From Macrostomum lignano (taxonomy: Eukaryota), in assembly GCA_002269645.1 (NCBI GenBank), contig NIVC01003303.1, positions 1 through 64,000 on the forward strand: 64,000 nt of DNA. The letters run 5' to 3'. The notes beneath the pieces were generated by a model. The model saw only the letters and a program-made list of their open reading frames with translations. It made no database searches and was not told the origin of the DNA. Numbering within the stretch: the stretch's first letter is position 1; the number at the start of each line of letters is the position of its first letter. This document shows, in pieces, positions 1 to 13,513 of this stretch. A program made the translations under genes and the position numbers.

Positions 1-89
1 CTGGCCAGATCGGCCAAAAATCCCATTACGGGGCCGAACGCCTGCATCTTAGAAATCTCTTTAGCCGCTCAATGGTGGGTAAGATCATG

Positions 90-121
<32 letters not shown>

Positions 122-2815
122 GACTTTCCTAAGTTTGTTACTAAATTTATCGCGTTGAGGCGCTTTGTAGAAATCTATTGACCAATCACGCTTTACAGCG
201 CTGGTTTTTACTTTTTCAAACGAAGCACACATCAGCACGATAAAGTTTGGTAATATCAATCATTGGGCGCAGCACGAGCTAATACCAGGCACTCCAGGCC
301 ATAGGATGACTAATGGTGTACGAGCTATTTTTAGTAACAGGTATGGGCTACGGGGTACGAGTTTGCTGGAGTTGGCTCTCGTTCCACTGTCCACCTAGCG
401 TACTATTGACTCCACTGCTCTGCAAGAACGGACCGCTATGCACGCTGCGCTTTTACTTGGAAACTCCGAGTTAAAAATGAGACGGCTGAGGCACAGCGCG
501 CTAAAAATAGAATCAGACTTGAAGGAGCGAAAGTACTGCATAAACTAGTATAGGCTGAAAATGTAACTGTCCTATTTTGGTCTCTTTATAAGCTCTACAT
601 TATGTAGCTTGAATGTTGACTTACTTGACCTAACTGCAGGGGTCCAGGCATCCTAATACAGCGGGAGGCGTCGCAGCTGGTGCTGCGGTGTCGCGCAGGG
701 AGATCGGTGGTCCGCGCAGGTGACAGGTGTTAGCTTTATGTTGTTAGCACATCATTAAGTGTTTTCAAGTCTAGAATATACTGTAGTTTAAGCAAGTAAA
801 CTTAGTATTAAGCTAAAAAATTGCAAAAATGTTAATACAATATTAACAAACCGTATTGATAGTATTATAGCCTACCTAAACCATAAAACATAAAATAGCT
901 ACATATATAAAGTGTCTATATGGCAAAGCAAACAAGGCCAAGAATTCACGAGAATTCCTGCAGTTTTACCCTAGTGTAATATAGGGTAGCAGCCTTGAGC
1001 TTTGATAGAAATACAGAATGTGATTTTGCGACATCCTGCACCGTTAAGAACTACAAAATCTTTGAACTTGCCAAACCTAGCTATAGTATTTTAACTTTTT
1101 CTTGTTGCTTATAATGTTGTAGTTCTCAAAATCAGAACCAAAGTTGATCACTAAGTGTTAAAATAAAATATAGTATAGAAAATTATATTTTCGATATTTG
1201 AACTTCTTCATTGCGTCATTCAGAATCACGGCAGTTTGAATAGGGAATTTAATGGTGCAGTGAAATTATATACAGCCCAACATTCTATCTGGAGGCGATA
1301 GAAAGATTTAATACCCCTAGGACAGGGACGTGTACAGGCGGCTTTAAAATTTCTGCGCTCCATCATGTAAGCTGCAGCCGACGCCGCCACCAACCCCTTT
1401 ACCGGGGGCTTGGAAAATCATGCTAGCACTGAAACGCGTCGTCTAAAAGAACGGAACGAATTTTTTGGGAGAGATTTGCAGCGGTAGAAAGTGAAGTAGA
1501 CGGCAGAGAGGCACAGAAGCGCGAGAGGAAGGGAGCGGCATACGCACTGACCTTTGCGTCAATGGATGATTCGGCAAAACTCCTTCGGGCAAATGTGTGC
1601 CTGCACAGCCCCTCATAGCACCACTGGTGATTCGGTGTACAATGGTAAAGGTGTATAAATGGATTGATCGCAGCTGCGGCCCCTCGACTCCCCTACGCAT
1701 AGATTCGGTGCCCTTAGAGCCTGCAGATCCATCTGATCCTCTGAACGCGTTCAATTGCTGACTGGATCCATCTCTGGAGCTTTCGTCTGAGTTTTTTCCG
1801 GTATAAACCACCAGCATAAAGAAAGTTAACGATACTCAATAGTTTAAGTGGAATCACCTTTTCCTTCCTTTCTAAGAAAGAATTGCAATCGTATTTTTAT
1901 CGGAAAACAGCTGACGTGCCAATTAAAGTTCAGCCTCAATTAGTTTTCCCCAATTTCGTCTCGACACAAAGAGAACAAAAGAGAGCATCCGATAGGAAAG
2001 GACTATCATGAGTCGGTCAAAAGTTGAAAAGTGAGTCGATATCGTGCTGCATGCGTGAAAAAAAAAGTATTTTAAAGTTTCTTGGTTTTAAATCAGTTAA
2101 TCTAGAAAAGTTTACTTAACTTTATAAGGCCTATCATTAAATTGCGTGTATTTGTACTTTTATATCCGCCACCGAGTTTCCGTCATAACTAGCGCGGAAG
2201 CTCATAATGAGATATGCAGGTGAAACCAATTGACAAAGCCAGGGCAGTGCACTATGCTGTACAGAGGAAGCCTACAGGGCAGCAAAAATCAATGCCGAAC
2301 CTTCCCTACGCCTACCGCGACCCGCTCCGACTCGGCCGAAAGTGAAGGAAGTTAGGGGGGGAGTGAGGGGAAGAAGGAGAATTGGGCAGTAAGACCGAGT
2401 ACACTGGCTAATGGAATGGAACAGCTCGCAGGTAAGGCAGGCGGAACCGATGTAGCAGTGGTTCGGTTGTTGGAACATTTGAATTTTTCGCCTGGCCTTC
2501 CTGCTGCACGGCTCGGTTGGCTCGCGCGGAAGGTTAGAAAGTATAGAACGAAAGAAATATGGGTTGGAATCCGATGGCTTCAGCTCCCCTAAGTCAGAGG
2601 GAAGGGTGAGGGGCCAGATGGCGTGGCTAGTTAACTGCGGACACGGTCTGGTGGCTAAAAACGAAGAACGTCCAGCGCAGGTTTTTTTAAGGCTAGCAGT
2701 TTTTTCGCAACCATTTTTTGTTTCGTCTCTTTTCTGCAGATCCTTTTCGTTTTTCTGATACTCTTTTTTAAAAATTAATTGTGCTCTACCCGACCGTAGA
2801 ACTACTGAGATCACG

Positions 2816-5800
2816 ATGAGTTCCGGAGGCGGCAGTAGGAGCTCCAGGATGGAGTCCAGCACCACAACGCTGTCTCGACAGGTGTACAGGGGACTGTCGC
2901 CCAACAGCCAGTCGAGACTGGAGGTAATTCTTGGTGGTACATTTCCTAACTGTAAAACTCGCAATACTGGTTTTAATGCGTGGGTGACGAATAAACTGAC
3001 GAATAGAGTAACTAGTAGAGTGACGAATAGAGTAACTAGTAGAGTGACGAATCGAGTAACTAATAGAGTGACGAATAGAGTAACTAGTAGAGTGAAGAAT
3101 AGAATAACTAGTAGAGTGACGGATAGAGTAACTAGTAGAGTGACGAATAGAGTAACTAGTAGAGTGACGAATAGAGTAACTAGTAGAGTGACGAATCGAG
3201 TAACTAGTAGAGTGACGAGTAGAGTAACTAGTAGAGTGACGAATATAGCAACTAGTAGAGTGACGAATATAGCAACTAGTAGAGTGACAAATAGAACTAT
3301 TACAGTGACGAAGTCTGTGATCGTTAGGGTACCAACAAGAATAGTAGTGGAGCTAGTGGCGTGCAAAAAGAGTGACCAGTAGGTCAAAGTGTCAACACCC
3401 TTAAGACAAAAGGATTAACTTCTTATTCTGCAAAATTGAACGCCCAACACCGCCACCGCAGACGAGGATCAAGGAGCTGGAGGATTTGCTCCAATTTGAG
3501 CGCGACGCGAGGGTTCGGGTAAGAAACTTCAGAACCGTATTTGTTTTTTGAACCTGATCTGCGAGCAGCATTCAAAGCTCGTAATATGAATATTATTTTT
3601 TTCACCTTTCAGTCCGAGCGAGTGATCAACGAGTACAACTTCCAGCTGGAATCTGCTAACGAACGAATCGAAGAGGCCGACAACATCGCCTCTCAAGCTC
3701 AGGAGGCTGTGCGACGTCGCGAGCTTGATCTGCAAAAAGTTCGCAAAGAACTCGAAGCCGCAAACGCCCAGTTGGAGTCTCTCGAGGTCAGCATCAAGAA
3801 GAAGTACACCGTCAATATTGCCGAGCTCAATGACGAGGTTGACAGTCTGAGAAAATTGAAGACTCGTCTTGAGAAGGAGAAGACGGCGTTGCTGGGCGAG
3901 CTAGACAACCTGGGCGGACAGCTGGACCAGGCTATCAAGGCCAAGGTGAGACTGGATGGACAGGATCGAGGGACGAGTGGACAGGATGGAGTGACGGTTG
4001 GACAGGATGGAGTGACAAGTGGACAGGATGGAGTGACGAGTGGACAGGATGGAGTGACGAGTGGACAGGATGGAGTGACGAGTGGACAGGATGGAGTGAC
4101 GAGTGGATAGGATGGAGTGACGAGTGGACAGGATGGAGTGACGGGTGGACAGGATGGAGTGACGGGAGGACAGGATGGACAAGATTGGCAGACAAATGGG
4201 CATGACAAAGACTTGAATAGACAAGATGGAATATATATGCCAAGATAAGGTTCAGATTAGATGCACGGATGGACGTTAATGCACATTGGTGAATGACTCA
4301 TTCAGACAGCCTAATTACCTTCAACCCCCACCCAGAACACCGTGGAATCCAAGCTGGAAGGCTACGATGCTCAACTGTCTCGGCTTCGTGCTCAAAACGA
4401 CGAGCTGGCTGGGCAGCTTCGCTCAATGCAAGAGTCCCAGAGCCGGCTGCAGGCCGAGAACAGCCAACTGCAGCGAGCTGCTCACGACGCCGAGTCGCAG
4501 GTGTCCGGACTGTCCAAGGCCAGGTCGTCGCTGCAGGCCCAGCTCGAAGAGATGAAGAAGACGCTGGATGAGGAATCTCGAGTGAGTTTACCTGGGTTCG
4601 ATTTCCACACGAATTTGACCATCCCTAGGTACATCTCATCCCTATACTGCTTGACATGACTCCTATCTGGCTGCGGGTCGACTGACTTGTTTTCTATACT
4701 CTATACTTTCTACTTATTAGTAGACGAACTCCGACATTATTCACCGCAAGGTTAAGCTATTTGTCTTCGGTTAGTCTGCCGCTAAAAACGCTGCTTGCGT
4801 CAATTATTCTTTAAGCTTAAGGCATCCTGAGCGAGTAGCTTATTTATAGTGATTTTATTAAAATTCTAGAGACAAAATGAAGAACTACTTAGCTCATAGT
4901 AAGAATCTCTTCGGCTTGTTACGATTACCACTTTAGTAGTAAACGGAGCCCTACTAAAATTCGATTTCCAGTCGCGAAGCAACCTGCAAACGCAGTTTAT
5001 GACGCTGCAGCAGGAGTATTACAATCTGCAGTCCAAATACGACGAAGAAAGTGAAGAGGCCGCTTCGTTGAGGGTGCAAATCAACAAACTCAACTCCGAG
5101 TTGACCACCCTACGTTCAAAGTACGAGAGGGACTTTGTTAGCCGAGTGGAAGAGTTCGAGGAAGTCAAGTGAGTTTGTTTTCAACTTGTCCAGCTTCCAG
5201 TTGTCCTAGACTAGTAGCCCTTCAACTTGACTTTGACTTGAGTGCTACGAAATTTCCCTGCACCTCGCAGACGCAAGCTGACAGTGAAAGTCACAGAGCT
5301 GGAAGACGTCGCCGAGCGCGAGCGCAGCCGGGCGAACAACATGGACAGGTCGCGTCAGCAGCTGCTAGCCGAGCTCAAGGCCTTGCAGGGAGACACGGAC
5401 GCGCTACAGGTTAGCTTACGTGGATTATTGAAATCGTTGATGCTCTAAACTGTCACTAAAATTTGTCGATTCTCCAAAAAACACGCAGGCCGCCAACGCT
5501 GAGCTGGCCTCCCAGGTGAAACAGTCGGAGGCCACGGTGAGCCAGTTGACAGTGCGAATCGAGGAGCTCACCTCCGAGAGCGCTTCGCTGCAAGCCACTC
5601 TGCAGTCTCAACAAGCCGAGCTGGCCAAGCTGCGCAAATCGTTGAAATCGGCAGACGACCGCATCGCCCAGCTGGAGCGGGACAATGCCCAGCTGGCCGG
5701 CAGCCTCAAGGAGGCCAACTCGGCCAATCGCGACCTGACCAGACGCCTGGCCGACTCCGACGCGGCCAGAGCCGAGGCCGAAGCGGCACGAGACTCGTTC

Positions 5801-8800
5801 GCCAGCTCTCTGCGCGACGCCGAGGAGGCTGTGCGCGAGCTGACGCAGAAGCAGGCGGCCACCGCCGATGCCCTCGCCCGCCTGCGCTCGGATCTGGAAA
5901 CTCGCCTGGCCGAGAAGGAGTCCGAGCTGGAGAGTCTCCGGCGGAGCAGCCAGCGCACTGTTGAGGAGCTGCAGGCGGCGTTGAACGACTCGGATGCGAA
6001 GCACAAATCGGAGGTTAACAGGCTGAAGAAGCACCTGGAATCTACCGTGCTGGACTTGGAGTCCCAGATTGACGTGGCCAATCGTGCCAACCAGGTTGGT
6101 AACTAGCAACAAAATCTTATGCGATCAAGCACCTATGATTTCTTTAACACATTGAGTTGATGGGGTTTTAGTCTTGTGGATAGAGCGTCGGACTCACGAC
6201 TGAAAGATCGGAAATTCGATTTTCGACCCACTTAGAACAATTTAAGTCCTTGAGCAAGACACTTAATGCCAGCATTAGCTGAGGTAATTGAAGGTGGGTG
6301 TGGAGACCCACCAGTCCTTGGACTGAACAGCCGTATGCAGCCTTTAGATGCGCCACGCAATAGCTGCGGCTGAGCTGTCGGTTGAACATTAAAGCAGACG
6401 TAATCAATTATTATCATTATTACTTATGTGATACTTCTTGTTCTGATTTTGTTCTGATTTGTTAGTTGCGGCGAGGGGATGTTAAGTTCTACAAGAACTG
6501 TGCTGGACGCGTGGTTACCAAGAAACTACTCAGGTGCACTTTACCATTCTCAACACATAATCGCAGAACCTGGCCAAGGAGAACAAGACCCTGCTGACGC
6601 GCATTCAGGAGCTGGAGGCTCTGCTAGAGGATGAGCGACGAGCCAACGAGGTGTCCCAGGGCGCGCTCTCGGCCAGCGAGAAGCGTCGCTCGGCGCTCCA
6701 GTCGGAGCTCAATGAGCTTCGCACAATCTGCGAGACCGCCGAGCGCGGCCGGAAGAAGGCCGAATCCGAGCTGCAGGACGTCAGCGTTCGCATCAGCGAG
6801 CTGACCATGCAGCTGCAGACGTCTGGCAACGAGAGGCGCCGGCTGGAAGGCGAGCTGGCCTCGCTCAGGTCCGAGCTGGAGGACGCTCAGAGCGGCCGGG
6901 CTGCCGAACTGGACCGGGCCAACCGGCTCGCTGGAGAGGTGCAACGCCTGGCCGACGAGTTGCGGGCCGAGCAGGAGAACTACCGGGTGGCCGAGGGGCT
7001 GCGGCGCCAGCTGGAGGTGCGCGGAAAATCGTTTGCTTCGAGAAGAAACACAGCTTCTAGAAAAATAGACTGCTTTCAGAAGCAACTCCGATAAGATTGG
7101 CAAAGGATACTCTTCTGATGGAATCCTTTCTATGAATCCCCCTTAGAAGAAGCCTCACGGAGTTGCTCACGAAGGGAGCTCTCTTCATTCTTTTACTCGT
7201 AAAAAGCAATGTGTTTCTTTTGGAAGCAGTGATCTGGTTCTTTTAGAAATCAAGTATTGCTTCTTCTGGAAGGGAAGGGAAGGGGAAAGGATTTTTTTCA
7301 AAGGCGGGGTATACTATAGTAGAGTCATCAGGTTCCAATCCGATCCCGCATAAAGCATTTTCGTACGCATATCCAACTGGCATCCGTGTATTCGTTTTTA
7401 ATGACATATTCTAAAACCGGAAGCAAGCCGGAAGCCAAAAATGGACGAGTGGGTAAAAGGCGGATGTTCGATTTCGTCTAACGACGTTTCTGGAATATAA
7501 TTCAGAAAAACTTCAGAATCCAAGAGTCAATGCGTCATACTCACGAAAACTAGCCCCCTTCCCCTACCAAAAAGATTGAAATTCGAGAAGTGACGGTCAA
7601 ACTCGAAGAGTCGGAGTCGCTAGCCTCGCGCGAGAGCAAACGCATCGCCCAGCGACTGCAGGAGCGAGTCCGGGAGCTCGAGGCTGAGCTCGAAGCTGAA
7701 CAGCGACGGGCTCGCGAGTTCCAGGCGGTCGTTAAGAAAATGGAACGCCAGGTTAAGGAGGCCCTCGCCCAAGCTGAGGAGGAGCGGCTGGTTAACATCG
7801 AGTTGCACGACCTATTGGGCAAGGCGCAGCTTAAGATCAAGGCTTACAAACGGCAGGTGGAAGAGTCGGTAAGTGCGGGTTGGGCGACTGATTAGCTCCA
7901 GAAAAGGGGGGTATCTGTAGAACTAAAGAAAATAAACAGCATTCGTGCCAGAAAAGCGCCTGTACGACGTAAAAAGCAAGAATAGCGTGTCAATGTCAGG
8001 AATGTTAGCATCAGACGCGGAAGCGTCAGTAAAAACTAACATTAAGCGTCGAAATGAAACGTCAGGAAAGCGCAAAATAGTGTCAGAGGCAGGAAACTGA
8101 CAATATAAGGTGTCAGGAGTTCCGTGTCAGAGGCAGGAAAGTGCCAACATAGGTGTCAGGAGTTCCGTGTCAGAGGCAGGAAAGTGCCAACATAAGGTGT
8201 CAGGAGTTCCGTGTCAGAGGCAGGAAAGTGCCAACAAAGGTGTCAGGAGTTCCGTGTCAGAGGCAGGAAAGTGCCAACATAAGGTGTCAGGAGTTCCGTG
8301 TCAGAGGCAGGAAAGCGACAACATAAGGTGTCAGGAGTTCCGTGTCAGAGGCAGGAAAGCGTCAACATAAGGTGCCAGGAGTTCCGTGTCAGAGGCAGGA
8401 AAGCGACAACATAAGGTGTCAGGAGTTCCGTGTCAGAGGCAGGAAAGCGACAACATAAGGTGTCAGGAGTTCCGTGTCAGAGGCGGGAAACTGACAACAG
8501 GAAGCGTTGCTTTCAGTTGTCAGGCAGTTCAAGCATGTTCTAGTAAAAGAATATTCAATAGCAAAACTATCCCAACTCGCTGGAATATCCACCTGGAACT
8601 CCCAGGAGGAGGCCTCGGCTGCGGCCATCAGCAAGTACCGCAAAGCGCAGCAGGTGGCCGAAGAGGCCGAGCACCGAGCCGAAGTGGCCGAGCGCACAAT
8701 GTCGGTGCGCAGCGGCGGCAGCGGCGGAACCGTCATCAGGTCGATCAGCGTCACCCGCGAGATGAACAGCAGCAGCTCGTCCGGGCACAAGCTGAGCAGC

Positions 8801-8821
8801 CGGGCTTCCAATGCTGTTTGA
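2816..8821 (+). CDS. Prm: Paramyosin, 10 coding exons, ~881 aa
   Basis: Exons 2816-2923, 3462-3518, 3613-3945, 4336-4581, 4972-5168, 5271-5409, 5489-6094, 6567-7016, 7575-7868, 8606-8821. All introns are GT-AG with compatible phases. The N-terminus ([35 protein letters not shown]), long heptad coiled coil and C-terminus (KYRKAQQVAEEAEHRAEVAERT) match flatworm paramyosin as I recall it. Confidence 0.96.
2984..3300. repeat. 24-bp minisatellite (AGAGTGACGAATAGAGTAACTAGT) in paramyosin intron 1
   Basis: Visible tandem array; explains the VTSRVTNR and LLVTLFVT ORFs. Confidence 0.95.
3955..4180. repeat. 21-bp minisatellite (GGACAGGATGGAGTGACGAGT) in paramyosin intron 3
   Basis: Tandem array immediately after the GT donor at 3946. 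Confidence 0.95.
8080..8500. repeat. 44-bp minisatellite in paramyosin intron 9
   Basis: Unit GTGTCAGAGGCAGGAAAGTGCCAACATAAGGTGTCAGGAGTTCC, about 9 copies. Confidence 0.95.
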
Positions 8822-10269
8822 GCTTGCTCGTTAAAGCTAAAAACATCACGGTTCGAACTTGGCCCAGATCTTTTGCTGTACCTTTCAAAATTTAATCAAC
8901 AAATTTATTATTTACGAGGGTATTATCCTTTTAATTTCTGTCGCGTGCTTCACGATCCTCTTTTTCATTTTTCTTAACCGATTTTGGTCAAAACTAATAT
9001 TATTTATTATTAGGATATTAATCCGTTTAACCGCGCTACTAACGAGTAGCGAGAGTTGAAAATTTCGTTTGAAAATTTGCAAATTTTTTCATACAAATGA
9101 ACATATTTTGCAGTACTTTTCGAAGGTCGAACTGTTCTAATTTTATCTATGCTCCGAAATAGCTGTAATTCTATCATCCACCTTTAGCTAATTATTCAAA
9201 ACGAAAATTTTCGCTTGTCCGTTACCTTGTAATTCTGATCCTCTTAATACCGTCGATATAGAAATTCTTTTTATTAAAACTGACAGATTAACCAACGTTT
9301 GTGCCCAATTAATTAATGCTCCCGACGCGCCCGTTTAACTTTGACCGTTTATATTTGCGCTCGCAGTTCAGGATCTCTCGCTCATCTGATATTGGTCGTC
9401 TCTCAATACAACTGTTTTTATCTTTCTTCTTTTCTATTGGCTGCGAGCTCTTCGTTGCGTCTTTTTACCCTTCTCACCCTCTAGCCAATGAATGTCCACC
9501 TAGGGCCGGAGATAGATTGCTGAATTCTCATTGGCTGGAGAAGGAAGAAGTTGAAGTCATAGCACACTAGGATTTCGCAGCCAATCAAAATGAAGCGTAA
9601 CGGTTCAGAGAGACCTACCTTTGAAGCCTTTGTATTGACCGCTGACCAAGGAGAGACCAAAAAAATTTTAATCAGTTTGCTGCTCTTCAAAATGCTCATC
9701 TTACAATCTGCTTTTCACTGCAAACTACGGCTACGCAAAAAGTTTAGCTTATTATATTTTTTAATTTGCTAATTGCTACAGTTTCCTACCGCTAGTCAAT
9801 TTTGAACTTGCCGTAACCATAGTTACTGAAAAATATTCACTCATCTCAGACACTATAGTCAATTGCTTTTGTATTACACCCTTAGACAGTATTGTACTGG
9901 TGTATCAATTATAGTAATATACGGGCTTATAACTAACTTATAGTTATCTAATGTAGCATCAAACAGATAATTTAATAAAAAACAAAATTTACAGCTTCAT
10001 CGATTGCCCCTTAGACCCACCCATTCAATTAGATTTTTTTACTTTTTTAATCCACCTAATCTACATGTAATACCTGCCTTTTAGAAATAAACCAAATTCA
10101 TGCTTAAACGATAATAAAATTACTATCTAGTCTTGTCTTTTCACCGAATTAATCACTTTATCACGTAGTTTGATTTCTTGTGCCATTACATACATAATAG
10201 TTATTGTTTTAGATAGCTTTATTCGGTAAGAAGTACGCGTAAGTGAAAAGAGTTGCAGGTGTATGAAGA

Positions 10270-11100
10270 AGAGGATGAGATTATAGAATAGGAGGATGAG
10301 ATTATAGGATAATATAATGAGATTATAGAATAAGAGGATGAGATTATAGGATAATAGAATGAGATTATAGAATAGGAGGATGAGATTATAGGATAAGAGG
10401 ATGAGATTATAGGATAAGAGGATGAGATTATAGGATAAGAGGATGAGATTATAGGATAAGAGGATGAGATTATAGAATAAGAGGATGAGATTATAGGATA
10501 AGAGGATGAGATTATAGGATAAGAGGATGAGATTATAGAATAAGAGGATGAGATTATAGGATAATATAATGAGATTATAGAATAAGAGGATGAGATTATA
10601 GGATAATATAATGAGATTATAGAATAGGAGGATGAGATTATAGGATAAGAGGATGAGAATATAGAATAAGAGGATGAGATTATAGGATAATAGAATGAGA
10701 TTATAGAATAGGAGGATGAGATTATAGGATAAGAGGATGAGATTATAGAATAAGAGGATGAGATTATAGGATAATATAATGAGATTATAGAATAAGAGGA
10801 TGAGATTATAGGATAATATAATGAGATTATAGAATAGGAGGATGAGATTATAGGATAAGAGGATGAGAATATAGAATAAGAGGATGAGATTATAGGATAA
10901 TAGAATGAGATTATAGAATAGGAGGATGAGATTATAGGATAAGAGGATGAGATTATAGGATAATAGAATGAGATTATAGAATAGGAGGATGAGATTATAG
11001 GATAATAGAATGAGATTATAGAATAGGAGGATGAGATTATAGGATAAGAGGATGAGATTATAGGATAGAAGGAGGAGAGTATTGAATAAGAGGATGATAT
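10270..11100. repeat. 21-bp minisatellite (GAGGATGAGATTATAGGATAA variants)
   Basis: Visible tandem array; explains the LLSYNLI ORF. Confidence 0.95.
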
Positions 11101-11580
11101 TAACTGTGACTAGCCATCTGCAGGTAAAACAAAACAAATAAGATTAACTAAAAGAATCATCAAAAGTTGCACTTTTGGTTGAGAAGCTTATTAAAACAAA
11201 ATCAAGGTGTTTTTATTAAATTTGACAAAGTTAGTAGTGCACTAAAGCGAAAAAAACTTATTCAAACGTTCAGACAACGATACTATACTACTGTATGATA
11301 CTTTGAAATTGATAAATAGTTTCATAATTCTTAGTATATGGACATAAAAATCAAGGGAATACTCGTAGTTAAGAAATTCTTAGTTAAAAATTCTTCTTAA
11401 AATTTGCGATGGTAATGAATGTTCTGACAGGATCTCACAGTAGACTTTTTAAAGCAGCGTTTTTTAAAATGCTTTGTATTAAAGCAAATACTAAAAGTGA
11501 CTCTTAATCACTGGTTTAATTTAGCAGGATTTGTACTAAAGCTACGGCTTTAATTTTTGTAGTACAGTAACCGGCAATCT

Positions 11581-13345
11581 ACTGTAACACACTCTGTAAC
11601 TATCCACTGTAACACATTCTGTAACTATCCACTGTAACACACTCTGTAACTATCCACTGTAACACATTCTGTAACTATCCACTGTAACACACTCTGTAAC
11701 TATCCACTGTAACACATTCTGTAACTATCCACTGTAACACACTCTGTAACTATCCACTGTAACACATTCTGTAACTATCTACTGTAACACACTCTGTAAC
11801 TATCCACTGTAACACATTCTGTAACTATCCACTGTAACACATTCTGTAACTATCCACTGTAACACATTCTGTAACTATCCACTGTAACACACTCTGTAAC
11901 TATCAACTGTAACACATTCTGTAACTATCCACTGTAACACATTCTGTAACTATCCACTGTAACATACTCTGTAACTATCCACTGTAACACATTCTGTAAC
12001 TATCCACTGTAACACATTCTGTAACTATCCACTGTAACACATTCTGTAACTATCCACTGTAACACATTCTGTAACTATCCACTGTAACATACTCTGTAAC
12101 TATCCACTGTAACACATTCTGTAACTATCCACTGTAACACATTCTGTAACTATCCACTGTAACACATTCTGTAACTATCCACTGTAACATACTCTGTAAC
12201 TATCCACTGTAACACATTCTGTAACTATCCACTGTAACACATTCTGTAACTATCCACTGTAACACATTCTGTAACTATCCACTGTAACATACTCTGTAAC
12301 TATCCACTGTAACACATTCTGTAACTATCCACTGTAACACATTCTGTAACTATCAACTGTAACACATTCTGTAACCATCCACTGTAACACACTCTGTAAC
12401 TATCCACTGTAACACATTCTGTAACTATCCACTGTAACACATTCTGTAACTATCCACTGTAACACATTCTGTAACTATCCACTGTAACATACTCTGTAAC
12501 TATCCACTGTAACACATTCTGTAACTATCCACTGTAACACATTCTGTAACTAATCCACTGTAACACATTCTGTAACTATCCACTGTAACACATTCTGTAA
12601 CTTTCACTGTAACATACTCTGTAACTATCCACTGTAACACATTCTGTAACTATCCACTGTAACATACTCTGTAACTATTCACTGTAACACATTCTGTAAC
12701 TATCCACTGTAACACATTCTGTAACTATCCACTGTAACACATTCTGTAACTATCCACTGTAACATACTCTGTAACTATCCACTGTAACACATTCTGTAAC
12801 TATCCACTGTAACACATTCTGTAACTATCCACTGTAACACATTCTGTAACTATCCACTGTAACACATTCTGTAACTATCCACTGTAACACATTCTGTAAC
12901 TATCCACTGTAACACATTCTGTAACTATCCACTGTAACACATTCTGTAACTTTCACTGTAACACATTCTGTAACTATCCATTGTAACACATTCTGTAACT
13001 AATCCACTGTAACACATTCTGTAACTGTCCACTGTAACACATTCTGTAACTTTCCACTGTAACACACTCTGTAACTATCCACTGTAACACATTCTGTAAC
13101 TATCCACTGTAACACACTCTGTAACTATCCACTGTAACACACTCTGTAACTATCCACTGTAACACACTCTGTAAATATCGACTGTAACACACTCTGTAAC
13201 TATCCACTGTAACACACTCTGTAACTATCCACTGTAACACACTCTGTAACTATCCACTGTAACACACTCTGTAAATATCGACTGTAACACACTCTGTAAC
13301 TATCCACTGTAACACACTCTGTAAATATCGACTGTATCACATTCT
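11581..13345. repeat. 25-bp minisatellite (ACTGTAACACATTCTGTAACTATCC), about 70 copies
   Basis: Highly homogeneous array; the unit contains CTGTAAC twice. Confidence 0.97.
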
Positions 13346-13513
13346 GTATTTTTGCACTGTAACACATTTTGTAACTATTAATCATTTACACAGCATTTTT
13401 AGTCGAAATATTTACTGCATGGCTTTAAAACTGCATAGCTTTAATATGATCATTATTCGTATTAGAATGCTAGGAACATTCACTTTCAATGCAATACCTG
13501 AAAGTCACAAGCT

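Noticed and set aside
1443-1817. 124-aa minus-strand ORF upstream of paramyosin
   Set aside because: It has no recognisable motif, a non-ATG start and no convincing splice context.
2272-3387. 371-aa and 188-aa ORFs with VT repeats
   Set aside because: They are translations of the intron-1 minisatellite; only 2816-2923 is coding (paramyosin exon 1).
9390-9590. Cluster of CCAAT/ATTGG boxes downstream of paramyosin
   Set aside because: It looks promoter-like, but no associated gene or transcript start can be supported from the sequence.
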